NCBI GenBank assembly: GCA_003552075.1
Contig: PUOJ01000123.1
Location: forward strand, 1 to 63,169
Direction: 5' to 3'
Length of the DNA stretch: 63,169 nt
DNA from: Bacteroidales bacterium
Lineage (GTDB): Bacteria; Bacteroidota; Bacteroidia; Bacteroidales; UBA7960
The notes under the pieces were generated by a model. It saw only the letters and a list, made by a program, of their open reading frames with translations, did not search any database and was not told the origin of the DNA. This document shows positions 49,809 through 58,722 of the stretch, piece by piece; position 1 is the first letter of the stretch, and each line of letters starts with the position of its first letter. The translations under genes and the position numbers were made by a program.

Positions 49809-50588
49809 CTATTCAGCTGGCTTGTCTTCAGCGGCATCACCCGAATCTTTCTTTGCAGGCTCGCTTGTCTTTTTAGTTTTGGAAGCGGTCGTTTTCCCGG
49901 TCTCAGCCTTGGGGTCATCCGCCTTTTTTGTGGCTGCCTTTTTGGTGCTTGCCTTTTTGGTTTCTGCTTCGGAAGCCTCCTTTTTCTTTGCAGCCTTGGC
50001 TGTAGTTTGCTTGGCTTCAGCCTTGGGCGCGTCTTTCTTTTTGGGGGCAGCCTTCTTTGCAGCCGGCTTTTTAGCTTCTGCTTCGGGAGCATCCTCTTTC
50101 TTGGCTGCCTTGGCAGTGCTCTTTTTGGCTTCTGCCATGGGGGCTTCTTCTTTTTTGGCGGCAGCTTTCTTAGCAGGCGACTTTTTCGGAGCAGCTTTTT
50201 TCGCTTCCTTTTCGTCAGCAATGCTTTCAGCCGGAGCTTCTGCCACGGCAACCTCAGCCTCCTGGGCTTTTGGCGCCGCCTTAGGTGCAGCTTTTGGCTT
50301 GCCATTGCCTGCTTTCGCATCCTTTACCGCCTCTGTCAACGGCTCCACGGATACGTGCGACTTGTTGCCGGCCTTCTTGGTGAAAACCACTTTGCCATCG
50401 ATCAGGGCAAAAAGGGTATGGTCCTTGCCCATGCCTACATTTCTGCCAGGATAGTGCTGCGTGCCACGCTGTCTGACAATAATGTTACCAGCCGTGGCAA
50501 CAGACCCACCAAAAATTTTCACGCCAAGCCGTTTGCTATGCGACTCGCGACCGTTTTTCGAGCTACCAACTCCTTTCTTATGTGCCAT
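49809..50588 (-). CDS. rpmA: 50S ribosomal protein L27 with a 175-aa Lys/Ala/Glu/Pro-rich C-terminal extension
   Basis: The first 84 aa ([24 protein letters not shown]...[20 protein letters not shown]) are canonical L27. The same frame continues without a stop through AKKAAPKK-type repeats to 49809. Confidence 0.85.
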   Translation of the reverse strand: MAHKKGVGSSKNGRESHSKRLGVKIFGGSVATAGNIIVRQRGTQHYPGRNVGMGKDHTLFALIDGKVVFTKKAGNKSHVSVEPLTEAVKDAKAGNGKPKAAPKAAPKAQEAEVAVAEAPAESIADEKEAKKAAPKKSPAKKAAAKKEEAPMAEAKKSTAKAAKKEDAPEAEAKKPAAKKAAPKKKDAPKAEAKQTTAKAAKKKEASEAETKKASTKKAATKKADDPKAETGKTTASKTKKTSEPAKKDSGDAAEDKPAE

Positions 50589-50618
50589 AGTTGTATGATT
50601 TTGCTGTTTCCAATCGGG

Positions 50619-50930
50619 TTAAGCGGTAATGTCTTCGATCTGAATCTGGGTCATGGGCTGGCGATGGCCATTCATTTTCTGGTAACCCTTCCTGCGTTTT
50701 TTCTTAAAAACCAAGATCTTGTCGGCTTTTACGTGGTCCAGCACCTTTGCTTTGACCTTCGCGCCTTCAACGACAGGTGTCCCTACCTGGATGTTTTCAC
50801 CATCAGCAAGCAACATCACCTTGTCAATTTCCAGATCGCTTCCAGCTTCGTTTTCCAGCAGGTTCACAAAAAGTTTCTGCTCTTTTTGCACTTTAAACTG
50901 CTGGCCGCCTATTTCAACAATTGCGTACAT
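50619..50930 (-). CDS. rplU: 50S ribosomal protein L21
   Basis: MYAIVEIGGQQFKVQKEQKLFVN...VFKKKRRKGYQKMNGHRQ. Confidence 0.95.
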   Translation of the reverse strand: MYAIVEIGGQQFKVQKEQKLFVNLLENEAGSDLEIDKVMLLADGENIQVGTPVVEGAKVKAKVLDHVKADKILVFKKKRRKGYQKMNGHRQPMTQIQIEDITA

Positions 50931-50972
50931 CTCTATTATGCGTTAAATGGTTCAATCGAATAAATTGGGGTG

Positions 50973-51002
50973 CAAAGATAAACAAAAAATATCAAGCCGC
51001 AA
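50973..51002 (-). promoter_or_regulatory. candidate Bacteroidota-type promoter of rplU-rpmA
   Basis: The minus strand reads TTG, a 19-nt spacer, then TATCTTTG (matches TAnnTTTG). The -7 box ends 43 nt before the rplU ATG. Confidence 0.4.
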
Positions 51003-51026
51003 GTCCCCCAGGTAAATATTTTCCTA

Positions 51027-51935
51027 TCAGGAAGTTGTTTTTTTGCGCTTGTTCGCCAGATAGACGCCCAGCAGGATGAGGGCAATCCAGAACAAAAACA
51101 CCGCCAGGAAAACTTCTCCGTCAGCAATGCCCCATAATATGGAGACTACCGGCATCAGGTAGGTCACCGTGGAAGTAAAAAGTGCAGATGTTTGTCTGAT
51201 GAGCCAGTTATGGATGATCATGGCCAGTGCCGTGCCAATGACGGCGAGGATGGCAATGTATCCCAGGCTTTGCCACCCCTGCGGGTCGTGACTCAGGACG
51301 TGGATCAGGTCGCTGCCGCCAAGGAGGTAAATAATGGATGGAACGCCAATGAACATGAAAGCCACCGGGGTGATGGTCAGTGCGCTGAATTCATGCAGAA
51401 ATCGCTTGATCAGGTTCATGTTGGTGGCATAGCAAAGGGCTGCCGCAATGGCAAACATCCCATACCACATGTTGTTCAGTTGACCGCCATTGGCCACGGA
51501 TAACAGGCCAACAGCCCCGCCAAGACCAATAAAAACACCCACCACGTTGAGCCAGCGCGTGCGCATCCCAAAAAACAACACACCGATGACCAGGGTAAAC
51601 AACGGAGTCAGTGAATTCAAGACACCAGCCATGTAACTGTCGATCACGGTTTGTGCGATGGCAAAGAAAAACGGAGGCAGGCCGTTGCCAATGATGCCGG
51701 CGAGCAGGAAGTATTTGAGCTTGTGACGGGGCACTTTCTTCAGGTGCCAGATGAGCAAGGGAGACAGCACCAGGAAGGAGATGGCAATGCGCAGGGCCCC
51801 CACCTCAAAGCTGCTGAAAGCATCCAGGCCGCGTTTGATGAGGATGAAAGAACTCCCCCATACCAACACCAGCAATGCCAGTGCCAGCCAGTGAATGCCC
51901 CTTGGTCGGTTGTCCTGCTTCATCATTATGATCAT
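51027..51935 (-). CDS. DMT-superfamily (EamA-type) transporter
   Basis: Ten-helix hydrophobic profile with an EamA-like ALLVLVWGSSFILIKRGL. Confidence 0.8.
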   Translation of the reverse strand: MIIMMKQDNRPRGIHWLALALLVLVWGSSFILIKRGLDAFSSFEVGALRIAISFLVLSPLLIWHLKKVPRHKLKYFLLAGIIGNGLPPFFFAIAQTVIDSYMAGVLNSLTPLFTLVIGVLFFGMRTRWLNVVGVFIGLGGAVGLLSVANGGQLNNMWYGMFAIAAALCYATNMNLIKRFLHEFSALTITPVAFMFIGVPSIIYLLGGSDLIHVLSHDPQGWQSLGYIAILAVIGTALAMIIHNWLIRQTSALFTSTVTYLMPVVSILWGIADGEVFLAVFLFWIALILLGVYLANKRKKTTS

Positions 51936-52075
51936 GCGTCAAATTGTCGAAAAGTCGAAAAGTCCGGGCAAAGGTAATGGAAATCGGACTTGCCATTGCA
52001 TCAGGCATCGGTGCAAACCAAATATTTTCAAATAATGCGTATATTTGAGAAATACCTGTGGCAAAAAAAGAAACC

Positions 52076-52361
52076 ATGAAACGAGCCATGCCAATATATT
52101 GACATACACGGGGATGATTATCGTCACGGCGGCGTTCAGACTGAGTAGGCTTTTGGCTATTAGCCATTGGCTATTGGCAAGAAAGCCAACAGCTAAAAGC
52201 CAATAGCCAATAGCAGTCTTGTTGAAAACATAAACGTTAGAAAACCAACAATTTAAAAAAATATAAACACATGAAACGAGCCATGCCAATCTATTGACAC
52301 ACACGAGAATGATTATGTCATGGCGAGTTCCATGTGCCCGAAATATAAAAATTATAAACAC
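52076..52361 (+). repeat. composite repeat, copy D (M module - hairpin - tail - M module)
   Basis: M module at 52076-52128, hairpin arms at 52148-52178 and 52185-52214 around AAGAAA, tail at 52215-52270, and a second M module at 52271-52318. The 16-nt direct repeat TATAAACACATGAAAC occurs at 52262 and 52353. Confidence 0.9.
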
Positions 52362-52868
52362 ATGAAACTGGAACTAATTAGGGGCGACATTGCCAACCAA
52401 CCAGATATGGATGCCATTGTAAATGCAGCAAATGCCCAGCTGCGCACGGGTGGCGGGGTAGCTGGTGCCATCCACCGGGCTGCAGGCCCGGGCCTGGAAG
52501 AAGAATGCCGGCCTTTGGCTCCGATTCAGCCTGGACAGGCGGTGATTACAGGCGCGCATCAGCTGCCCAATAAATATGTGATCCACTGCCTGGGGCCAGT
52601 ATACGGTCGCGACAAGCCCAGCGACAAGCTTTTGGCTGCCTGTTATAAAAATGCCCTTAAGCTGGCTGAAGAACACCGGCTCAGGTCCATTGCTTTTCCT
52701 GCGATCTCCACCGGTGTCTTTGGCTACCCCCTGGATGATGCGGCGGAAGTGGCCGTCAGCACGATTCAGGAAATGACCGGCACGCTTGAACACCTTGAAA
52801 CAATTCGTATGGTGCTTTTCAGCGAGCGCGACCTTCAGGCATTTCATCGGCAAGTTGCTGGCAAATAA
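52362..52868 (+). CDS. macro domain protein (O-acetyl-ADP-ribose deacetylase-like)
   Basis: GDIANQPDMDAIVNAANAQLRTGGGVAGAIH...AFPAISTGVFGYP. ATG at 52362. Confidence 0.85.
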   Translation: MKLELIRGDIANQPDMDAIVNAANAQLRTGGGVAGAIHRAAGPGLEEECRPLAPIQPGQAVITGAHQLPNKYVIHCLGPVYGRDKPSDKLLAACYKNALKLAEEHRLRSIAFPAISTGVFGYPLDDAAEVAVSTIQEMTGTLEHLETIRMVLFSERDLQAFHRQVAGK

Positions 52869-52921
52869 GGCGCTGGGTCAAAATCGCATAACCAACCTGT
52901 TACCCAAAAAACAAACTTCTC

Positions 52922-55372
52922 ATGCCAAAACCTTTACCTTTCCGGTTTTATACCGGCATTGCCCTCATGCTCGGCATGCTTGCCGTGGTGTGGGTCTCTG
53001 GCCATATGAACAGGCCACCCGAAGTCGTTCCGGAAGATGCCCCACCAACCGCCTTTTCCGCCGAAAGGGCCTGGCAACACCTCGAAAAGATCGGGGCTGT
53101 TAAAAACCCCATTGGAAGCAAGGAAAATGCAATGGTCAGGGACTATATCCTGCATGAGATCAGGAAGCTGGGATTTGAGCCAGCGCTCGAAGAAACCACA
53201 TATTTTGATACAAGGTTGCAACGGGTGGCTGAGCTGGGAAACATCCTGGTGCGCATTCCAGGGAGTGGGAACGGAAAAGCCATCCTCTTCATGGGACATT
53301 ACGACACCGTAGCCGATGCCTATGGGGCTGCAGATAACGGTTCAGCCGTGGCGGCCATGCTTGAACTGATGCGCATGCTGCGGCACCATCCGCAATTAAA
53401 AAATGACCTCATTTTCTTTTTCCCTGATGGAGAGGAAGTCGGCCTGCTAGGTGCCAAAGCATTTCTTGAATCGCACCACTGGGCGCAGGACGTTGGCTTC
53501 GTAGTGAACCTGGAGGCACGGGGTACCACAGGACAGAGCTTCATGTTTGAAACCGGCCACCAAAACCTCAGGACCATCGCTGCCTTTGCAGATGCCGTCC
53601 CCCACCCCGCAGCCAACTCCATCAGTTACGAAGTGTATGCGCGCATGCCAAACGATACAGATTTCAGCCCTTTCAAGCAAAGGGGGTATCCTGGCCTCAA
53701 CATGGCATTCATCGAAAACGCCTTTGACTATCACACGGCCATGGACAACCTGGAAAACACCGACATCCAGGCCATACAACACCATGGATCCTATGCAGCG
53801 TCTATAGCACTTGAACTGGGCAACCAGGAACTGGATTTCGAAGCCGGGCAAAACGCCGTATATTTCAACACCATGGGCTATGGCTTTGCCTTTTATCCAT
53901 ATGGATGGGCCCTGCCGATAGCCATTGGCGTGATCATCCTTTTTGGGGTGATGCTCTGGATCGGCGTAAGGAAAAACCTTTTAAACCCCTTGCAATGGCT
54001 GAAGGGGATCGCAGCTTTTGCCCTTTACCTGTTGTTGTTGTATGCCATCCTGCATGCGTTGCATGCTTTGATCTCGGGACTTTATCCGGAAAGCAGGCAA
54101 TTGTTGCTGAGTTACCATCAACCCTTGCTCATCCCTGGATTGCTTTTGCTGGCAACATCCTTCAGCCTGATCTATTACAGGATGGTCATCCGGGGCATCT
54201 GTTTCAGGCATGCAGTGATCTTGTTCCTGTTGTTGACTGCCTTGCTGTCACTTAGCGGAGAGATCAGCCTGTTAAACGGCCTGGGCGTCCTCGCAGTGAG
54301 CGCTTTGTTGCCATGGCTCTTCAGAAAGCCCACTTCTGCCTATGACCTTGGCACAGGAGCCATGTGTTGCTTTGCTATCCTGATGGTGTATACAGCCATT
54401 GTCATTCCCGGAGCCAGTTATCTGCCAACCTGGCCCCTGGCAGCAATGGTTGTCGGATATTTGCTGATCGCATTGTTTTCGGGCATGAAGGATGAGCGCG
54501 GTTCAGCCAGGACCGGCCAGACAGTGCGCACTGCAATCATCCTTTTGCTTGCAGCCTTGCCAGCGCTCATTTGGTATCCCTGGCTTGCCGGCTTTTTTAC
54601 CGTAGCCATGGGATTGCAATACGTCGCTTTAGCATCACTGCTGATCGGCGGACTTACAGGACTGGCCATTCCACATATCGATATCATGACACGCACAAGG
54701 CCAGCATGGACTCCTGGCATCCTGTTGCTGGCAGGCATCGCTTTCCTGGCAGCCGGGACAGTAGGAAAGGATTATGACGACAGATACAAAAAACCGGTAA
54801 ATCTGCGGCTGGTGCAACACGCAGACCATCACACCTTAAAATGGATCACTGCCGACGGCCGGGTCAATGAATGGACAGCGCAATTCCTTGGCGATGAACC
54901 CGGGGAAGTGCATATTACAGATGTGGTACCCCTGGACAACCAAACCTACCACGGCCGTGCAGCAATCCTCCCAGAAGATATCCCCGCACCTGAAGCCATG
55001 CTGTTAAAAGATACGGTCACGGAAGGTGAGAGGATGCTTCTCTGGCAGGTCCATCCTGCTGCAGGTGCTGCGCGCTCAGACATTTACCTGCACGCTGAGC
55101 AGGTTCATGTGGAAGTGAGGATCGATGACCTGCAAAGAGCACCGCTAATACCACACCGGGGCTCGCAATGGCGAAGGTTGCATTATTTTGCTCCACCAGA
55201 AGAAGGCTTTATCCTAAGCATTTACACAGATCCAAATAAAGATATCAAACTGCACCTCGTCGATACCTGGCATAGCCTGCCAGGATCTATCGCATACGAA
55301 GAGATGCCAGCGCATATGATGCCCCGCGGTCACCAGACCCAGTCTGCGCGTACCTTTTTGTATTCTCCCTAA
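52922..55372 (+). CDS. M28-family metallopeptidase fused to a polytopic membrane domain
   Basis: N-terminal TM, an M28 core (LFMGHYDTV...DNGSAVAAMLE...FFFPDGEEVGLLGAKAF), about 9 TM helices, and a C-terminal soluble domain. Confidence 0.8.
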   Translation: MPKPLPFRFYTGIALMLGMLAVVWVSGHMNRPPEVVPEDAPPTAFSAERAWQHLEKIGAVKNPIGSKENAMVRDYILHEIRKLGFEPALEETTYFDTRLQRVAELGNILVRIPGSGNGKAILFMGHYDTVADAYGAADNGSAVAAMLELMRMLRHHPQLKNDLIFFFPDGEEVGLLGAKAFLESHHWAQDVGFVVNLEARGTTGQSFMFETGHQNLRTIAAFADAVPHPAANSISYEVYARMPNDTDFSPFKQRGYPGLNMAFIENAFDYHTAMDNLENTDIQAIQHHGSYAASIALELGNQELDFEAGQNAVYFNTMGYGFAFYPYGWALPIAIGVIILFGVMLWIGVRKNLLNPLQWLKGIAAFALYLLLLYAILHALHALISGLYPESRQLLLSYHQPLLIPGLLLLATSFSLIYYRMVIRGICFRHAVILFLLLTALLSLSGEISLLNGLGVLAVSALLPWLFRKPTSAYDLGTGAMCCFAILMVYTAIVIPGASYLPTWPLAAMVVGYLLIALFSGMKDERGSARTGQTVRTAIILLLAALPALIWYPWLAGFFTVAMGLQYVALASLLIGGLTGLAIPHIDIMTRTRPAWTPGILLLAGIAFLAAGTVGKDYDDRYKKPVNLRLVQHADHHTLKWITADGRVNEWTAQFLGDEPGEVHITDVVPLDNQTYHGRAAILPEDIPAPEAMLLKDTVTEGERMLLWQVHPAAGAARSDIYLHAEQVHVEVRIDDLQRAPLIPHRGSQWRRLHYFAPPEEGFILSIYTDPNKDIKLHLVDTWHSLPGSIAYEEMPAHMMPRGHQTQSARTFLYSP

Positions 55373-55404
55373 GTGGCACGATAATAATTTATATTTTTAC
55401 ATCC

Positions 55405-57756
55405 ATGACCGTAGAGGCGATTCTGGTATTTGGTATTTTGGGGGCATCGCTGCTGCTCTTCTTCACGGGGTGGGTGCGTATGGACATCGTGGCGCTGCTG
55501 GTGCTTTCCATATTGGCATTCACGGGGATCGTCACGCCCCAGGAAGCCCTGGCAGGGTTCAGCAATCCGGCTGTTGTCACGGTATGGGCGATGTTCATCC
55601 TGAGTGCGGCCTTGTACCAGACGGGGGTGGCCAGGATCATTGGCCGGCAGGTCATGCGCTTTGCCGGAGAGGGCGAAGTGCGCCTGATTGCCCTGATCAT
55701 GCTCTCTGCAGGTGCAATGTCAGCTTTTATGAACAATATCGGGGTGGTGGCCCTCATGCTTCCCGTGGTGATGGACATGGCCAGGGCCAAGGAGATCTCT
55801 CCGTCGCGATTGCTCATGCCCCTGGCTTTTGGGGCGATGCTCGGCGGCCTGACCACGCTGATCGGCACCCCGCCCAACCTGCTGATCAGCTACACGCTCG
55901 CAGATAACGACCTCCGGCCTTTCCGGCTGTTCGACTACACCCCTATCGGTTTTACAGCCCTTTTAGGGGGTACAGCATTTATGGTACTCGTGGGGAGGCA
56001 TCTGCTGCCCAAAAAGGATGCCATCACGGAAGCCAAAAAGCAGACAGGCATTCCGTCGGCCACCTATGACCTGCAGTCGCGCAGCTTCATGCTGAAAGTC
56101 AAGCCGAGCTCATCCCTGGCAGGGAAAAGTTTGGCAGAAAGCAGGTTACGTGCCGGACTGGGATTAAACGTGGTGGCCATCATCCGGCATGGCACCACCA
56201 TGCTGAGCCCGGGACCGGAGACCATTATCAACAGCAACGACAAATTGCATGTGCAGGGTAACATAGAGGCCCTCAAGGCCATGCAGCACTGGGACATCAT
56301 CCTGCCGGCGCAGGAAGGGTTTGATGCACGGGAGCTGCTAGGACAAAACCTGCAGATTTATGAAGCAACACTTACAGAGACATCTGCACTCACAGGAAGC
56401 AGGCTGCAGGAAACAGACTTCAGAAGGCGCCTGGGCATCAATGTGCTTGCCGTGCGCAGAGAAAACAAGATTGAACGGACCCTGCTGCATGAGCTGACCC
56501 TCGAGAAACAAGACATCCTGCTTTTGCAAGGCCCAAGGGACAGGATCGCCATTCTGGAAGAAGAGGGTGTCATTGGCGAGGTGCATGAACCAGGTTCCGG
56601 CGAGCTTATGGAAACCTATAGCCTGCACGAACTCATTTTCGTGATGGAGGTTGGAGATGATGCGGCACTGTTTGAAAGGGCCATTGCCGAAAGCCACATA
56701 GGCAGTGCATTTGGCCTGACGGCGATTGGTGTTTTTGACAAGGACAGCAGGCTGCTGCCCTATGCACCCGGCACCAAAGTGAAGACTGGTGACCGGATCC
56801 TGGTTAAAGGCAACATCCATGACCTGCCTTTGCTGCAAGGCCTAAAGGAGCTGGAGCTCCTTGATGAAGATGTTCCCGAAACCCAGGCCCTCGAGTCGGA
56901 TAACATCCAGTTGGCCGAAGTCATTCTTGCGCCACGCTCCCTTTTGGCGGGGAAGACGCTGCGGGAAATCAACTTCAGGAAAAAGTATGGGCTCACCGTG
57001 CTGGCCATCTGGCGAGAGGGCAAGGCATACCGGACGAACCTGCACAACATGCCCCTTGAGTTTGGAGAGGCCCTGCTGGTTTATGGGGACCGGGAAAAAC
57101 TCGAACTGATCGACAGCGAGCCTGACTTCATTCTGCTGACCGAAATGGCCGGGAGGCCGCAGCGCACGGAAAAGGCGATGACGGCAGCACTTGTGATGCT
57201 GGGCATCCTAATACCCGTGCTGTTGGATATTGTACCCCTGGCCATCGCAGCCGTGGCAGGCATCATCCTGATGGTGCTTACAGGGTGCCTCAAGATGGAA
57301 GAAGCATACCGGGCCATCGAATGGCGGGCCGTATTTCTTATTGCGGGGATGCTGCCCCTGGGAACAGCCATGCAAAGCAGCGGGGCAGCAAGCACGATGG
57401 CCTCCGGCGTGGTGCATACCTTTGGCTACTTTGGCCCCTGGGGGGTCATCGCAGGATTATACCTGCTCACCGCGGCATTGACCATTGCCATCCATCCTGC
57501 AGCCCTCGTAGTCATCATGGCACCGGTTGCCCTGGAAGCCGCCGCAGGCTTCGACATATCGCCGCAAACCGTCATGATGGCGATAGCCATCGCCGGCGCA
57601 TCTGTGTTCATGAGCCCGGTAGCTCATGCAGCCAACCTGCTGGTCATGGGACCCGGTGGGTATCGTTTCAGTGATTACCTGCGCGTAGGCATCCCCCTCA
57701 CCCTTGTGGTGATGGCCATTGCCATGCTGCTGCTGCCCGTGATCTGGCCACTCTGA
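55405..57756 (+). CDS. SLC13/DASS-type anion permease with two central TrkA-C domains
   Basis: Two permease halves (…GGLTTLIGTPPNLL… / …SPVAHAANLLVMGPGGY…) flank two RCK_C-like soluble repeats. Confidence 0.8.
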   Translation: MTVEAILVFGILGASLLLFFTGWVRMDIVALLVLSILAFTGIVTPQEALAGFSNPAVVTVWAMFILSAALYQTGVARIIGRQVMRFAGEGEVRLIALIMLSAGAMSAFMNNIGVVALMLPVVMDMARAKEISPSRLLMPLAFGAMLGGLTTLIGTPPNLLISYTLADNDLRPFRLFDYTPIGFTALLGGTAFMVLVGRHLLPKKDAITEAKKQTGIPSATYDLQSRSFMLKVKPSSSLAGKSLAESRLRAGLGLNVVAIIRHGTTMLSPGPETIINSNDKLHVQGNIEALKAMQHWDIILPAQEGFDARELLGQNLQIYEATLTETSALTGSRLQETDFRRRLGINVLAVRRENKIERTLLHELTLEKQDILLLQGPRDRIAILEEEGVIGEVHEPGSGELMETYSLHELIFVMEVGDDAALFERAIAESHIGSAFGLTAIGVFDKDSRLLPYAPGTKVKTGDRILVKGNIHDLPLLQGLKELELLDEDVPETQALESDNIQLAEVILAPRSLLAGKTLREINFRKKYGLTVLAIWREGKAYRTNLHNMPLEFGEALLVYGDREKLELIDSEPDFILLTEMAGRPQRTEKAMTAALVMLGILIPVLLDIVPLAIAAVAGIILMVLTGCLKMEEAYRAIEWRAVFLIAGMLPLGTAMQSSGAASTMASGVVHTFGYFGPWGVIAGLYLLTAALTIAIHPAALVVIMAPVALEAAAGFDISPQTVMMAIAIAGASVFMSPVAHAANLLVMGPGGYRFSDYLRVGIPLTLVVMAIAMLLLPVIWPL

Positions 57757-57823
57757 TCGCGCTTGACATGGCAAGTTTTGTGGTCAGCAAGCACAAAAAA
57801 CACAGCACACGGAAACAACCAAA

Positions 57824-57909
57824 GCCAAAAGCTAAAAGCCAATAGCAAACAGCATTCTGCCTGAAAACAGAAACGCCAGACAGCCAATAACTTGAAAAAA
57901 CATTAACAA
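57824..57909 (+). repeat. heptamer hairpin element, copy E (right arm plus conserved leader tail only)
   Basis: GCCAAAAGCTAAAAGCCAATAGC (57824-57846), then a tail that is near-identical to copies A and B and ends at the ATG at 57910. There is no complementary left arm. Confidence 0.85.
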
Positions 57910-58689
57910 ATGAAAGAATATCAACACATACAGGTTATTTTTGAGGGGAAGGTCATGGAGGTGGTGCTGAACAGGCCGGAAAAGCGCAACGCCATTGACG
58001 GGGTGATGGCCGCTGAAATCATGGATGTCATTGGCTGGGCCGCCCATAACCAGGATGTCCGGGTGGTAATCCTGCGGGGGAAGGGGCCTGTTTTCTGTGC
58101 CGGGGCCGACCTGAAGTTCATGCAAAGAACAGACCTGGAAGGGAGCGCACGCCCCTCGGCGGTGCTGGCTAAACTTTTCCAGGCCACCTATCTTTTCAGG
58201 AAACCCCTCATCGTGGTTTCACATGGCAAAGCCATGGGTGGCGCCCTTGGACTGATCGCAGCAGCAGACTTCGTGCTGGCGACCACCGATGCGGAGTTTG
58301 CCTTCAGCGAAGTGAAGCTGGGGCTGGTTCCTGCCACCATTTCTCCATATGTGACCAAGAGGATGGGGGAAAGCAAGGCACGGCAGCTTATGTTGCTGGG
58401 CGATACATTTTCAGCTGCGGATGCCTTGGCGGCAGGCCTGGTAGATAAAACCGGCGATCATGACACACTGGAATCCTATAAATCATATCTTTGCAAACAC
58501 TTTACCCAAAATGCACCCGGCGCCATGATGGCCACCAAGCGCACCATTCAGCACATATCGAATGTACCCCTGGATGAACACGCCATCACCCATACGCTGA
58601 AGGTGCTGGACGACACCCGCAAGGGAAGCGAAGCCCGGGAAGGCATGCAGGCATTCCTGGAAAAACGGAAGGCCTGGTGGCAACAATAG
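57910..58689 (+). CDS. enoyl-CoA hydratase/isomerase family protein (possibly methylglutaconyl-CoA hydratase)
   Basis: Crotonase pattern LNRPEKRNA...VVILRGKGPVFCAGADLK. Specificity is inferred only from context. Confidence 0.8.
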   Translation: MKEYQHIQVIFEGKVMEVVLNRPEKRNAIDGVMAAEIMDVIGWAAHNQDVRVVILRGKGPVFCAGADLKFMQRTDLEGSARPSAVLAKLFQATYLFRKPLIVVSHGKAMGGALGLIAAADFVLATTDAEFAFSEVKLGLVPATISPYVTKRMGESKARQLMLLGDTFSAADALAAGLVDKTGDHDTLESYKSYLCKHFTQNAPGAMMATKRTIQHISNVPLDEHAITHTLKVLDDTRKGSEAREGMQAFLEKRKAWWQQ

Positions 58690-58722
58690 CCGAATCCTAT
58701 CCATTCATTATATATTTGGCTT

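Noticed and set aside
49764-50963. 399-aa plus-strand ORF, plus 49822-50454 (+) and 49769-50320 (-, other frame), over the L27 tail
   Set aside because: These are Leu/Phe/Ser/Gly- or Arg/Lys/Pro-rich translations of the same low-complexity repeat in other frames or on the other strand. Only the minus-strand frame that begins with the canonical L27 core is credible.
52362-55372. Macro-domain gene (with the DnaB_C-only gene at 38325) as markers of an anti-phage defence island
   Set aside because: Each is isolated among housekeeping genes. I recognised no partner genes (nucleases, Sir2/TIR, methyltransferases, toxins), no integrase and no flanking tRNA.
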